Of a stretch of DNA of 36,089 bases, positions 9,899 to 21,402 are shown piece after piece. The translations under genes were made by a program, and so were the position numbers. Within the stretch, counting starts at the first letter, position 1. Every line of letters starts with the position of its first letter. Under the pieces are notes generated by a model that ran no database searches, had not been told where the DNA came from, and worked only from the letters and a program-made list of their open reading frames with translations. Source of the DNA: Trichoplax adhaerens (lineage: Eukaryota; Animalia; Placozoa); NCBI RefSeq assembly GCF_000150275.1, contig NW_002060966.1, positions 462,561 through 498,649 on the forward strand, in the 5' to 3' direction.

Positions 9899-10365
9899 GT
9901 AAGGCGATCCTATAATTGGCAGTACTAATTTCAACGTTAGCTAAATGGACACGGTAATTATTTTGTTATTCTAGCAGTAGTTGTATTTACATCCAAAAGA
10001 CGGAAGTAAAATAGAACACCGATTGCTCTTAAATTTCTATATTAAAACTTATCTATCATTTAAGTAGTAAACTATTTAAAGTAAATTAGCTAGATTCGAA
10101 TTATTCCAGCAAGCTTGTACTTCCAATGCTTTTAATCCACTGTCAACAAAGTATCAGTAACCCTAGCAATCAATTCTATATCGCATACTCAATATTGATA
10201 TGTTACTATGGGTATAAAATTTGCTTCGGTATGGTAGCTTTTGTATCTAGTTTATAGTTTTAATAATTTGCGATCTCTAATATGACGATCATGTTCTATT
10301 CCATTGGCAATATCAGTTATCCATTTACTTACTTGAATGGTAACTTTGTTTCATGTATCGGCCAG

Positions 10366-10726
10366 GAAGACGATAATAAAGATAGTATGATATCTGGTAA
10401 AAAATCTGGAATTGGAGATTCACGACAATCTTCCAGAACGAGAGAAAATGTGATTCGGTGTTATACTCCAAGTTCATTCCCTTCAAGCTGTGCAAGTACG
10501 TCATCGGATGAATTCTCTACAAATAGCGAATCAAACTATTCTATAATATCGGAAACGGAATTACCGGAGTTTTCCGATCCTGAGGTTACCATTGATGTTA
10601 TCAATAAAGATGCGGAAGAGGAAGATGAAATTGAAGAAGAAGAAGCAGCATATTGCTGTGGAATAGATGAAGATGAAGAAAATGATGATGATTTATGTAA
10701 TGAATATATATTAGAGGCGAAAGAAG
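10366..10726 (+). CDS. PARP4: PARP4 acidic low-complexity exon (EDDNKDSMISGKKSG..SDEFSTNSESNYSIISETELPEFSDPEVT..EEEDEIEEEEAAYCCGIDEDEENDDDLCNEYILEAKEG). 3' end not fixed
   Basis: Part of ORF-track entry 10282-10836. Phase-0 acceptor ggccag| at 10365. Candidate donors at 10397, 10496, 10697, 10727 and 10772 are all phase 1, the same phase required by the Pro-rich exon at 12594. The acidic composition resembles the acidic stretch of the vPARP C-terminal region. Confidence 0.5.
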
Positions 10727-11738
10727 GTACTAGGATCGTATCAGATGATTTTAATGGTCTACTTTTAGGAAGTAATCAATGGATAAATAATAATTCTAAT
10801 ACTTCAATACATGAGAATAGATTAATAAAAAACTAGCCTTACCTTAGTAACTAATTTTGGCTGGATTTGAAATTAATATAAATCATTATAAAGTACCGTT
10901 ATCACTTAAAAGTTTGAATTCCTTGCTTAAACATTAAATTTGATTAATGACATCTATCGAGCCAGATGAGTGTGAACCAGAAATTTGCAAGGCATTTTCA
11001 AGTAAAGCAATTGATGACAGCGAAGAAGGGGAAATGCTTGCTTTACCTAAAAAGGTTTTTCATTGCTTAAACTAGAGCATTATTTAGCCATGATGAGATT
11101 ATTTACCAATAGAGCAATTTACAACTTGGTAATATAGATATATTGTCCGTTTTTCTTCCCTACGTATAGCATTTAATGCGATTTACATTAATGTATTCAA
11201 TGCTATTCATTATTCTAATTCTCACTCAAATATGAACTTCTGATTAATCATTAGTACAATATGCATAATTATGAGACGATAACAATATTAAGCTCATTAT
11301 TTAAAATTACAATGATAATTACAGGTAGTACAGCATTGATTCTTATAGTTTTAAGTTATAGCCCTCTTAGTAAAGGCAAAAATCGTCAACTTACTACAAG
11401 TTCATTTTTAATTTCATTCTGCTTTTACAATAACAATGAATCTTTAAAGTTGCCTTCATAGCATTACGTAACAAAAAACACCTTATAGAACTTGTTTAGC
11501 AATTTCATTGCTCCATCTTATTTCATTTTTAGAAAGAATTTTACGCGGCTGCAGGTAAACATTTCAAAATTATACCCACCATGAAGAAGAAAGCCTTATC
11601 CAAAAAAAAAATGGACAGGAGTAATCATAACTTCATACTAGCTGATTCGATCTATAGAACTCAAGGCATCATTAGCTTATTCTAGTCTGTCAGGTAAAAT
11701 TTATTTTATATAAGAAAATCTTTTTATTCGTTTAAAAG

Positions 11739-11827
11739 GGACAGAAAAGGTCCTTGACGATCAATTTGGGAACTTTTATGATCCATCGACCTCATCAAAG
11801 CACCTTTCAACTCGAACGTCTGAGAAG
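11739..11827 (+). CDS. Candidate small exon (TEKVLDDQFGNFYDPSTSSKHLSTRTSEK) with strong donor GTGAGC. Membership in PARP4 unresolved
   Basis: Open frame bounded by tttaaaag| and aag|GTGAGC. No clear homology, and its phase does not chain simply into the 12594 exon. Confidence 0.25.
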
Positions 11828-12593
11828 GTGAGCAATTACTCTTACTGAGTATAAAAATTAGGTTTGGACATGCTTGAGGAGTAAATTATCGATACAAATT
11901 CAATTTCCGTCTTTAGCTTGAAAGAGCAATAGTAGGTAGTTCTGAAAACTTCTCCATGGAAGAACAGACGTATACGGCAGAAATAAAAGATGAGAGAACG
12001 CAAAGTAAACAGTAAATCTATCTATGAAATTTCAAATGATATTCAATATGTATATATAGTATATATCTATCAGATAGAAACTGTCTATTAATCGTTATTT
12101 TTATATTTCCAATAAATTAAGAACTATCTATAGGTATGAAGCAGACTAGAGGTGCATTAGATTCTTCTATAGAAGCAATTTCATCATTTAATTCAAATTC
12201 TCCACGTACTGCTCAAGATGGCCTTCAAGCAGGGGTTAGTAAAACTTAAAGTGTATTCAAACAGCTTCAGAATTTGAATTTTGCTCTGGGAAGTCATCAT
12301 CCATTATATTATATTTGCTTTTTATCAGCAGAAATTAATTCGGAAGTTTAGAAGCCTAGCTACTCTCAGAAGAATGGAGGAGTCAAGTAATAATATAATT
12401 GAATTTTACTTATTAAGGCGATATTTTGCGTAGAATAACTAAGCTGGCAGTTTCATTTTTGGATAGAAAATGAGCTTTAATAACTTGTATGCATTTATAT
12501 ATCTATGCTATGTTCAATTTACACTCGCACAATAGATTAAGGTATTTTATTTAACTGAAATAGCTTAAAAAATTAAAATCATGTTATATACAG

Positions 12594-13202
12594 CTATCCC
12601 ACCTCCTCCGTCATCTTTAGGACCCACACCGACTTTAAGATCTCAACATTTTCGGATAAGTAAAAGTCGGATAGCTTCAGGACCTCCGCCAGCACAAGCA
12701 TCTCAACCATGTCCACCTCCTCCACTTCCAGGATCTTCAGCATCTGAGCTATTCCCGCCTCTTTCATATTCACAATCTAAGACTAATGAAGAACTATTAG
12801 TTCAACAAATACACAAGCCTAAACCAAGTTCGTCTATTGAAATAAACAAGCACAAGGCGAAGATAGAATATCAATACGCTAGTATGAATGGAGCTAAGGA
12901 GGATATTGTAGAAATAGAACCTAACAGGGCGGCTAAACTTGGTTCACTGGCAACTTCTGCTAAGGCCTTAAAAGGATTCTTACGTGTCGGGAGACAAACT
13001 AATAGCTTTCTATCTAGAACTAACTTTAATTCTTTAGGCGCAAGTGCTGATGATCATTCTAATTTAGCTAAGGAGGAAACATTAGACGATGATAAGAAGG
13101 TAGAATACAGGCAAATGAAATTCAGAAAATCTAAAGCGCTAGCAAAAAAGTACAAATCTGCGAATACTAAAGACAATCTTGTTGATGAGCCTGAAAATCC
13201 AA
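12594..13202 (+). CDS. PARP4: PARP4 Pro-rich low-complexity exon (IPPPPSSLGPTPTLRS..GPPPAQASQPCPPPPLPG..KFRKSKALAKKYKSANTKDNLVDEPENP)
   Basis: Part of ORF-track entry 12581-13213. Phase-1 acceptor tatacag| at 12593, phase-1 donor a|GTAAGA at 13203. Pro-rich composition parallels the human vPARP Pro-rich region. The 5' boundary is inferred from phase only. Confidence 0.55.
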
Positions 13203-13351
13203 GTAAGAATTAAATTGCAATATAATCAATTTATTAATAATTTACCCGCACTAAATTATGTTCTAATAGCCAGTAAGTTAATCTAAGAAAGAGTTTGTAG
13301 ATAAATTATATTAGTCGAGAAATTAATCCTAATCGTTTTAATTATTCATAG

Positions 13352-13410
13352 AGGAAATGAAAAATTTGACCTATATAAATTGCAGGGAATTGATGATGTT
13401 TCAAGTATCG
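13352..13410 (+). CDS. PARP4: PARP4 C-terminal exon (KEMKNLTYINCRELMMFQVS)
   Basis: Joins 13202 and 13573 in phase. ELMMFQVS|DGYWEV parallels human ELLSLQTEDGFWKL. Acceptor ttcatag|, donor tcg|gtacga. Confidence 0.6.
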
Positions 13411-13572
13411 GTACGAAATAATTTAATATAATAAAGTCATGATTAGAACATAGACTTACACTATCGATATAAGGAATCTTTTTAAAGATACACTAACGAT
13501 AAGCTGTTTTTTATAGCTGCCGATGTTTAGTATAACAGGATATCGTAAACTGATATTTCTTAATATTTAAAG

Positions 13573-13672
13573 GATGGTTATTGGGAAGTAACACCGGAAA
13601 TAGCTGCAATAATAAGAATATCTGTGGAAAAGTTATTTAGATTACTAACTGAAGCTGGAATTTATTCATTGG
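13573..13672 (+). CDS. PARP4: PARP4 C-terminal exon (DGYWEVTPEIAAIIRISVEKLFRLLTEAGIYSLG)
   Basis: Matches human EDGFWKLTPELGLILNLNTNGLHSFLKQKGIQSLG. Acceptor tttaaag|, donor g|gtaaaa. Confidence 0.82.
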
Positions 13673-13785
13673 GTAAAATCGAATTAATCTACAGTAGTAC
13701 TTTCAATACTATCATGCCATTGTAACTGATACTTTTATACCATGTAAAGTTTGTTCTAATATTTAATTTTATTCACTTTATTTAG

Positions 13786-13988
13786 GCTCTAAAGCTTGTA
13801 AAGATATTGTTCGTATGGTATTTACCAAGATTGTAATCGTTATTCTTGGAAAGATTGCACAGTTGCAGGAGTCACTAGCACGTGCTACGAAATGGCTGGT
13901 ATTCATGGATAAAAAATATCCATCGCTGCTATATCGTTTTGAATTAGGATCAAATTGGGAATGTGTGGCTAGAAAATGCCAGCTTTAG
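13786..13988 (+). CDS. PARP4: PARP4 terminal exon with stop codon (GSKACKDIVRMVFTKIVIVILGKIAQLQESLARATKWLVFMDKKYPSLLYRFELGSNWECVARKCQL*)
   Basis: Matches the human PARP4 C-terminus (ECLLDLIATMLVLQFIRTRLEKEG..ASEWVRRTEGQYPSICPRLELGNDWDSATKQL). TAG stop at 13986-13988. AATAAA at about 14439 is a possible polyadenylation signal. Confidence 0.82.
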
Positions 13989-16974
13989 GAAATTACATGA
14001 TTTTGACTACGGATGATTCCATACGGTAAAAGAGCTAAAGAATACACTTTAAATTTTTCCTTAATTCACAAAGCGATACGTCTGCTTTATTCTATCGTCG
14101 TTTATTTAATGTTTTATCTCTAACCAAAATGTGATAGGTATGTAAAAACTTTGCTTACTATGTCGGCCAAGTTTACTGGTATTTTTAATTTTATATTCTA
14201 TAACTAATCTCATGTCCAAAGTTTTGGCTATGGACTCCTATGATATGCTATAACACAGCAAGTAGATTCAGTTCTGCGTACAATTTTACATTTGAAATGT
14301 ATTACTATAAAACTAATTACGACTTCAGGCCATAAAACTGTATTATCTGCTTGATGCGAATTGATCAAATCATTTCCAAATATATCAATTTGCGACCATA
14401 ATACATCAATAATTTTGAAGGAAGTTTAATTTATTTGTAATAAATTGGTGTTATAAATCTTTGAAATAATTTTTGGGAGTATAATTGATAGAGCTGATGT
14501 CACTTTTCGGTATATTATACTTTTGGGCCTAAATTTTATATTTCAGAACATATTGAGTTTATGCATACTCGTATAATAAACAATTTAATATTTTGGTCTA
14601 TTTAAGCTGTAAAAACAAAAGCAAAAGCAAAAGCATGTATTCAATGCAGGGAGTTGGTTCGCATTGCAAGGTGACTTCTTGCTCTTTCTTACCTATGAAG
14701 TCGCGCTTTCGTTACAAGTTATGACTTAATATGGCCAATGAAGTTGCCACTAAATACTGATTCTCTCCTTAGAGCATTAAAATAGTTATTATCCAGTGTT
14801 ATATCACTTGCTAATAATATTCTTTGCCTTATGCTTACGAGATTCATAGAAGCAAGAACAAGTTAATAATCTCATGATTTCTGATATACACCAAAATTCA
14901 TTGAAAGGCTACTACACCTAAATTTATGTTTACCAATAGAGCGTCTGATAGATCAATACAAGGAAGTATATGTAATGACTAGCGCGTATTTCCTCTTCAT
15001 AAAGAAAATAGATAGTTATAATTGTTGTACTTATCAATATAGTGTATTTTGCTTTAGCTTTAGCTAGAGAAGATACGCATTATTACTAAGAGACCAATTA
15101 AATTTATTTTTATGTCAATTATTTTTGAGATAGAATATTGTTTGTAATCATAGATGTTATTTTGTTAGGATTATCGCAGCAGTCAATGTTAACGAACATT
15201 AAACTTTAGTCCTGTACACTATTGACGACTTGGAAATTCTCGAACTCTATAGTAATCACATTATGCAACTTATTTAATATGGGAATCAAAAGCTGCTGAT
15301 GATTGAACTGTGTCTTGGACATTTATAGTTACTAAATTTAAAAGGCTAAAACTTTAGTATAATTGGATAATTATATCCTTAATTTACATTAGGCGCAGTT
15401 TAATCAAAAGTATAAAAGGAGAGGTAGTAGCTAAAAATATTAATTTGACTTACCTATTCTTGAAGACTGAACTAGGAAATGCGAGTCTAACTCGTAAGTT
15501 CTTTTATTATACGCAAGCAACTATTATTGGTGTTTGGTGGTGATTGAGGCTAGATGCTGTGTCTTAGCCCGTAATGTTATTCGCTATACTTTTATTAATG
15601 CTTGATGGAGACTTAGTCTAGGCGCTACGTGTTAGACTTACAAGTTTTAAATTTCTATTTTCTTCTAAAATATTTTGTTTGAATGCTTCACGGTTGCTTT
15701 GATTGAATCATTTAATAATTTGCTTTATTGCCTCTATCAATTAAGTATTTTATAGAATTACTCACAATAATATTTAGTCTTAGCACCTACTGACATGCAC
15801 GCCTACAGTACATATTAGTGTTAGGTAGAGTACGATTTTAAGCCTACCGAGAGTTATACACTGCTAGGTTAGAGAATATCTGTCTTTTGAGATAGAGAGG
15901 TTTTAGCTTATAGCGGCTTCAAATAAAGAATTGCAATAATATCAAATTTATTTAATAGCAATGCTGATATCAATATCGGTAGGATAATACATTACAGTAC
16001 TGTACTAGTAATTGAACTAATTGTTCACTATGGGGTAATAGACTCTTAAAAATCATGAATATCAACTTTAATTAATAGAACTGCAGGTTTGTATTCAAAT
16101 TGAGAATTATATTGCTAGTATCTGCCTCTTCGACAATCTGCTCATTGTAACAACTCTATCAAGAGCCACCTTTATCTGATCATCATCTAAGATCTTTAAT
16201 TTTATTTAGTTGCTAGTCCTATATTTAATAAATATCTTTAATTAGGCCGTAAATGAGGCTATATCCGAAAATTTGATTAATATTCTCGATCGGTTTTTTG
16301 AAATTTCAAATAAATATTACAATCTAAGTACCTCTGTATTCACGGCCAGATAACTTTACTGAATCATTAATAAAATACCATCATTATTTAGCTATAGAAA
16401 CGTTAATTAGAGAAATTACTAGACTAAGTTAAATTACAGTAATGTCAGAACAAAAATGAAATTTCTATCCTACTGTATGTTAATAAATTTTTATGGCTAT
16501 TAAAAAGAACGACTTATCCCAAGAACTTTGATTCGTTACAACTACTATTCTTATATAATTAAGTAATCACTGTCTACGAATAATTTAACGTTATGTCTGA
16601 GTATTATTGTACTGTATATGTACTTCGAATAATAAGATACGTAACTCGTATAAATACATAATTCAATAATTAAATGCTTAGAAAAATTTGCAACTTAACA
16701 TGATGCATTATATTTGCAAGGTTAGCGCATTGAGAACGTCAATTAAAATATTAAATTGGTAGTACTTGTATTGCATTTGATTTAAGAATTCTCGGCCTAG
16801 TGTTAATTAATTAATTTCATTGGCAAAATGTCTATTATAGCTATATACGGGTACTAAAAATAAAATTTATCTTAGTTTAAATTTTATAGTAAGATTATCT
16901 AGAACATTTAGACGTCAAACTCTTCATAAATGATATGCACTAGAGTGTTGGAGCGTAATAGAAGCAAATTGCCA

Positions 16975-17191
16975 CGCATTTAGGCTTTTACTGGACTCAC
17001 ATTCAGAATTTGAAAAAGAAACTCCATTTAGTGTCGCCTGCCAATGCCAAGCCATGCCTTATAAATTGACCTCTGATCAATCAAAGACATTTACAGTAGA
17101 AATTTTAATCGATGTACCGCTCAAGCACCATCTATATTCGGTTGCAGAGAAGCTACGTGCAGCAGTACTCAAAGATGCAAATAGAAGCTAA
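16975..17191 (+). pseudogene. Degenerate death-domain exon copy (..AFTGLTFRI / EFEKETPFSVACQCQAMPYKLTSDQSKTFTVEILIDVPLKHHLYSVAEKLRAAVLKDANRS*), frameshifted
   Basis: Paralogous to the DD exons at 21.2 and 26.2 kb (the FEKxxPFSV..QC..M....TVEIL....L...L.SVAEKL pattern). Relative to those copies it has a 1-nt deletion near 17008 (cagaatttgaaaaa versus cagaaatttgaaaaa) that splits the domain across two frames. Confidence 0.45.
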
Positions 17192-18137
17192 GACGATATT
17201 AGAAGGGCTTAGCTATGTACAAAATTCTCGACAATATTAATCAGAGTTAGAATAGATTATATTGTACGATTATACCAGCGTGTTTTCTCGTATATATTAT
17301 TCACATTACACTTATTAAAGTCCCAATTGCGTACATGTTTATAGCCTATTATTGTAGGTGATGATGAACAAATCTATTTTACTTTTTACCAGGCAGGGTA
17401 TGTTACGGACATTACAAATATTGGTATATTAAATTTGCTTTATTGGCGGTATTTGAATTAAGCGCTGAACAAATAGGACTAGAACAGGATTACTAACTCG
17501 AATTTACATGATTTAAACGTTATTGATTATCAATCAGTTTATAGCTAGTTCTTGTTAGTTTACAATTCAATTACCCTACTCATACCATTGATGCAAGCTC
17601 AAAATACTATAAGGATCACTGATGATTATTCCTAGTATTAGATGCTACACTTAAATTACTGCTGAATAGTAAATTTTTACACGCTAATATTAAGTAGAAG
17701 TTTTCACCTACCGATAAGAGCAAGACATGCTAATGTAGAGCGCTGCCACATTGTTTATACGAATAAATTTATTTGCATTTTGTATAGAAATTGACCAATA
17801 TTAAGAGCGAATAAAATAGATATATGTAATTGTAATCTTCTAATTTCTGAGAGAGGTTGAATGATAAATTTGTACTCCCCTAATATTACGTCTGCCATTA
17901 GAGTGTCTAATAAAATAATACAATAAGTTGATAAAACGTCTATTGCTGTACTATCTGCCATATACTATTTGTAGTTACTAAAAGGTTAAAAGACATCTAC
18001 GATGATTGCTTGAAAATACCCGTTTGGTTTTAAGCCTATTTTATAAGCCATGCTCATATATAGCACTAAATTATCAACTCACTGTCAAAATAATTGGTAA
18101 TGTATGCGCATAAGCTTGTATTTATGTTCTATTTTCA

Positions 18138-18156
18138 TATATATATATATATATTT
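18138..18156. repeat. (AT)n dinucleotide microsatellite, about 9 units
   Basis: Direct reading: catatatatatatatatatattt. Confidence 0.9.
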
Positions 18157-20921
18157 ATCTTTTGCTTTATCGTATGATGCAATACCAGCTGACAATAAGG
18201 ACATGCACCAAGTTCCTCATAATCTGATATCAATATCTATTTGGTAATTACAACACGTAGAAAAACCAACGGCTAAAGATTAAAGTCAGGTAGTTTGATA
18301 AGGTATCATTCATTTTCAGGTACTGCTTTTTAATTTGTTTATCTAAATAAGAATTTTATTGCTTTAATGTTTCTTGTACCACTAATGATGAAAGCTATAA
18401 AGTTTAAAGGCAGGAACTACAAGATTACGTTATTTCTGCTGAATTGTCTATCCTCTACAAATCAAACAAATAAAGACCATCATGTAAGAAACTTTACTAA
18501 AGTATGAGTCAGTGATTGATAGATTCCACTTCATGATAGTAATTGCAAGAAAATCTACCAATTTTATGAAGACAAGCAAAGTATTGAAATAATTAGCAGG
18601 AGTGCGAGATTAATTTGAATATTTTCCACCTCCGTCCCGGTGCAGCATGATTTTCTTGTAGCACTCAGTCATGATAAATAGGTAATGGTTGATAAACTGT
18701 TAACAAACCATTAAAACAATCTGTAGGTAGGATAGATTAGTGGATGCATCTTTAAAAATTTAAACTCTCTAACGCCATCAACTTACCATTTAAGTGTTGA
18801 TTAGTGCAGCAGCAAGTAACTTAATTATTAGAATTGTAACCCCCGTAAAACCACCAGCTTCGCTAGATATTTTTCAAAGATTTACAATTTCTTAAAAACG
18901 ACTATGCAACGTTTTCATTGCCCATTGACTCCCATCGCCACGAGTTTCACTGACTTCATTGATGATTGCAATCTGAGGTAGAATAAAATAGTCGACGTAT
19001 CATATCATGAAACTGAGCTACAGTAAAATGCCATGAACTAAACAATATTATCTGGGTTATTGAATAACCTCTACCCTCATTTTTATAGCCCTTTATCGAT
19101 GGCGCATGAAACAACGTCCAGGAGAGATACCTATCAATCTAGAGAGAACATAAAATATTAAAAATAATGGCTAACACGAATTAATATGCCAATAGATACT
19201 CGAGGATATTAGATCCTCTAGAATCAGTAAATTCGACTGAAAGAGTAGCTTTTAATATATTTGTAGTAATATTCTGACTTCATACTGGTACGTATCCATA
19301 TCACATAATTTTCAGCTTTAAGTTGAAGTACAGTGTATCGCTTCCTTGCTCTCTTTAGTTACCTCTTGTTCGAATTAAATTTTCATTTAGTGCAAGCCCC
19401 AATGTGCCATGCAGTTGATATTTGATACGCAGCAACTTAATTAAAGAAATTAAAACAATGTTTGAATTGAAGCCAATGTTCATTAATTACTTATTCGCTT
19501 AACTAAATAGATATCAGCTATGGTACCCACTATATCGTATCGTTTCTACGCCTGAATTTTTTATTCATTTCATTTCTTTAAAGTTGATAGCCTATAACCA
19601 ACACACCATGTGGATCATTGAATTGAATTTAGACTAGATCATGACCTATAAAGTTACACGGGTTAATTTGTCAACTTTGGCTTAATTAATGTTTACGCAT
19701 AATATAATTAAAAATAGAAATTTATTTGGAGAAAAACTAAAACTACTACAAAAAAAATAAATATTATGGGCCTACTGTCAGGATTGTCATCTCTAAAATC
19801 TAGCTGCAGTACCGGTACGACTCTAAGTCCTGACTACATCCACATCATTAGCGAATTGCAGTAAACCAACAATCTCTCTAAGACAATAATTGGCCCAAAC
19901 TTTATTGAAATGTCAGCCAATTTAGAGTACAGTGATAATAACATTAGTTATCAGCATATAGATAATATTATACAACTATGCAGTTATCCATTAAAAAATA
20001 TGCTAACCGTCATAGATAAATTGATATCAACTAGATAATTTAGCTTTCACGAGCACGGACTTCTAGGTATCTAGTAGTCTATGTCACGAGTCAATTATCA
20101 ATATAAATAACATAACTTAGTTCTGGATCGTAGATTATTAGTCATCTTTGATATGAAGTGAGGCAGCAGAATTTATTACATTCATCTAAAGGCATCCATA
20201 GTAGCTCAGAGCCATAGAATATCTTATAGATTTATTAGAGTCCTGATGATCATACACACAGTAAGGTATTAAGTCACTACAGATATTTGGATAAGAATAG
20301 TATCGCAACTCATGTATTAGGATATGGTTACTTTATTGTACTTTAACTGCCAAATATGATGTCTAAGTTAATACTGTGACTATTACCACACTGGATGACA
20401 GATTAATCGCTGTAAGATATTATTAGTTACTACCAATAAATTGTAAAATTAGGTAAAATGTAAATATGCGTATACTGATTATAGCCGCAAATGCTACGAA
20501 AAGTATGCAGGTACAAGCAGTCAACTTCGGAATATCCTGGTACTTTCTTTTAGAAGTCTTTCTACTTATTGTATTAGGCTAGAGTAGATGTGTGCAGATT
20601 ATCTTTGTATTAGCAATCTAATAAAGTTCTAATTCCCTACAACTTTTTAAATCCCCTAATCGATTTTATCGAAATAAATTGCGTCATAGCCAATAAGTTC
20701 TCGGATAACTACCTATATATTACGATTTCTATGCAAAAGTTACTCTATAACAGATATACGACTATACAGTAGAGAATTTCGTTAACGGTTTACTTTAATT
20801 TACGCATGTATTTTTCTCGATATGACATAAGGAAAATGAACATGTTTCGCAAGACATAACGATATGTATGTTGGGTAGTTAAGCTAGATAGTTCCGTTAA
20901 TTGTTTAAAATAATGCTATTA

Positions 20922-21402
20922 CTGGATTCGTAAATTGGATTCAATTTGAATTAATACTAAAGAATAAAATTTTAGATAGTTATCAGTTAGCAAGTGAATT
21001 TGAGAATTCTATCTCTGTAACACCTGTATTTGTAATCTACTTAATTAGCTACATAGGATACTAAATAAATGTTTTCGTAGTATATACTTCCCATTCAGAT
21101 ATTTTACGTATATCATTTAGCTGTCTGACCTTACTTGAAAAAATATTACCTAGGAAATTAGAACAGTTTGAAAAGAATTAACTCCAACGCTACGCTATGA
21201 CTGGACGCCGGTTAAGAAATTTGAAAGAGAAAATCCGTTCAACGTAGGCGATCAATGCTTTGAAATGCTCGATACACGCAGCAAAAATAACAAATCTGCG
21301 CTTATAATAGAAATTCTAACGGATAAACTAATTGATTGCGGTCTTCGTTCTGTTGCAGAGAAGTTATATTCAGCAGTATATAGCGATCCAAACAAAAGCT
21401 AA
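20922..21402 (+). repeat. Duplicated ~480-bp block (copy 1) containing a death-domain terminal exon. Paralog of 25874-26361
   Basis: Extended nucleotide similarity, roughly 75% by eye, with the 25874-26361 block. It starts at actggattcgtaaattggattcaatttgaa and runs through the DD exon. Confidence 0.7.
21176..21402 (+). CDS. Death-domain-encoding terminal exon, copy 1 (LTPTLRYDWTPVKKFERENPFNVGDQCFEMLDTRSKNNKSALIIEILTDKLIDCGLRSVAEKLYSAVYSDPNKS*). Parent gene model incomplete
   Basis: Open frame with a DD consensus pattern (LG.DW..L...f...nP....eQ...ML.......at...L...L...gl...AekL). Phase-1 acceptor aaaag| at 21175, stop TAA at 21400-21402. Upstream exons not identified. Confidence 0.6.

Larger units (their letters stand above)
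596..13988 (+). other. PARP4: Gene span: vault poly(ADP-ribose) polymerase (PARP4/vPARP) ortholog, at least 30 coding exons, start codon 596, stop 13986-13988
   Basis: Conceptual splicing of short + strand exons gives a protein collinear with human PARP4. Matched segments include AEGILL..FY.LIPHK..DLCQLIRD (regulatory domain), GSGIYFADSL..EVALGK..NEY (catalytic), IFTVSVGNLPP.SKVLIKITYVTELS (VIT), IIIALDMSNSM..LISDGH (vWA) and ARALIRDYDDG..DGYWEVTPE (C-terminal tail). Splice phases are consistent across most junctions. Confidence 0.85.

Noticed and set aside
11261-11461. + strand 66-aa ORF (MHNYETITILSSLFKITMIITG...)
   Set aside because: It is a low-complexity hydrophobic translation of AT-rich intron-like DNA with no splice signals and no homology.
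12137-12240. ORF-like piece MKQTRGALDSSIEAISSFNSNSPRTAQDGLQAG
   Set aside because: Neither end gives phase-compatible canonical splice sites with neighbouring exons. It is mentioned only as a possible cassette exon.
17755-17961. Minus-strand 68-aa ORF
   Set aside because: It has no motif, no splice context and is AT-rich. It is likely a chance ORF.
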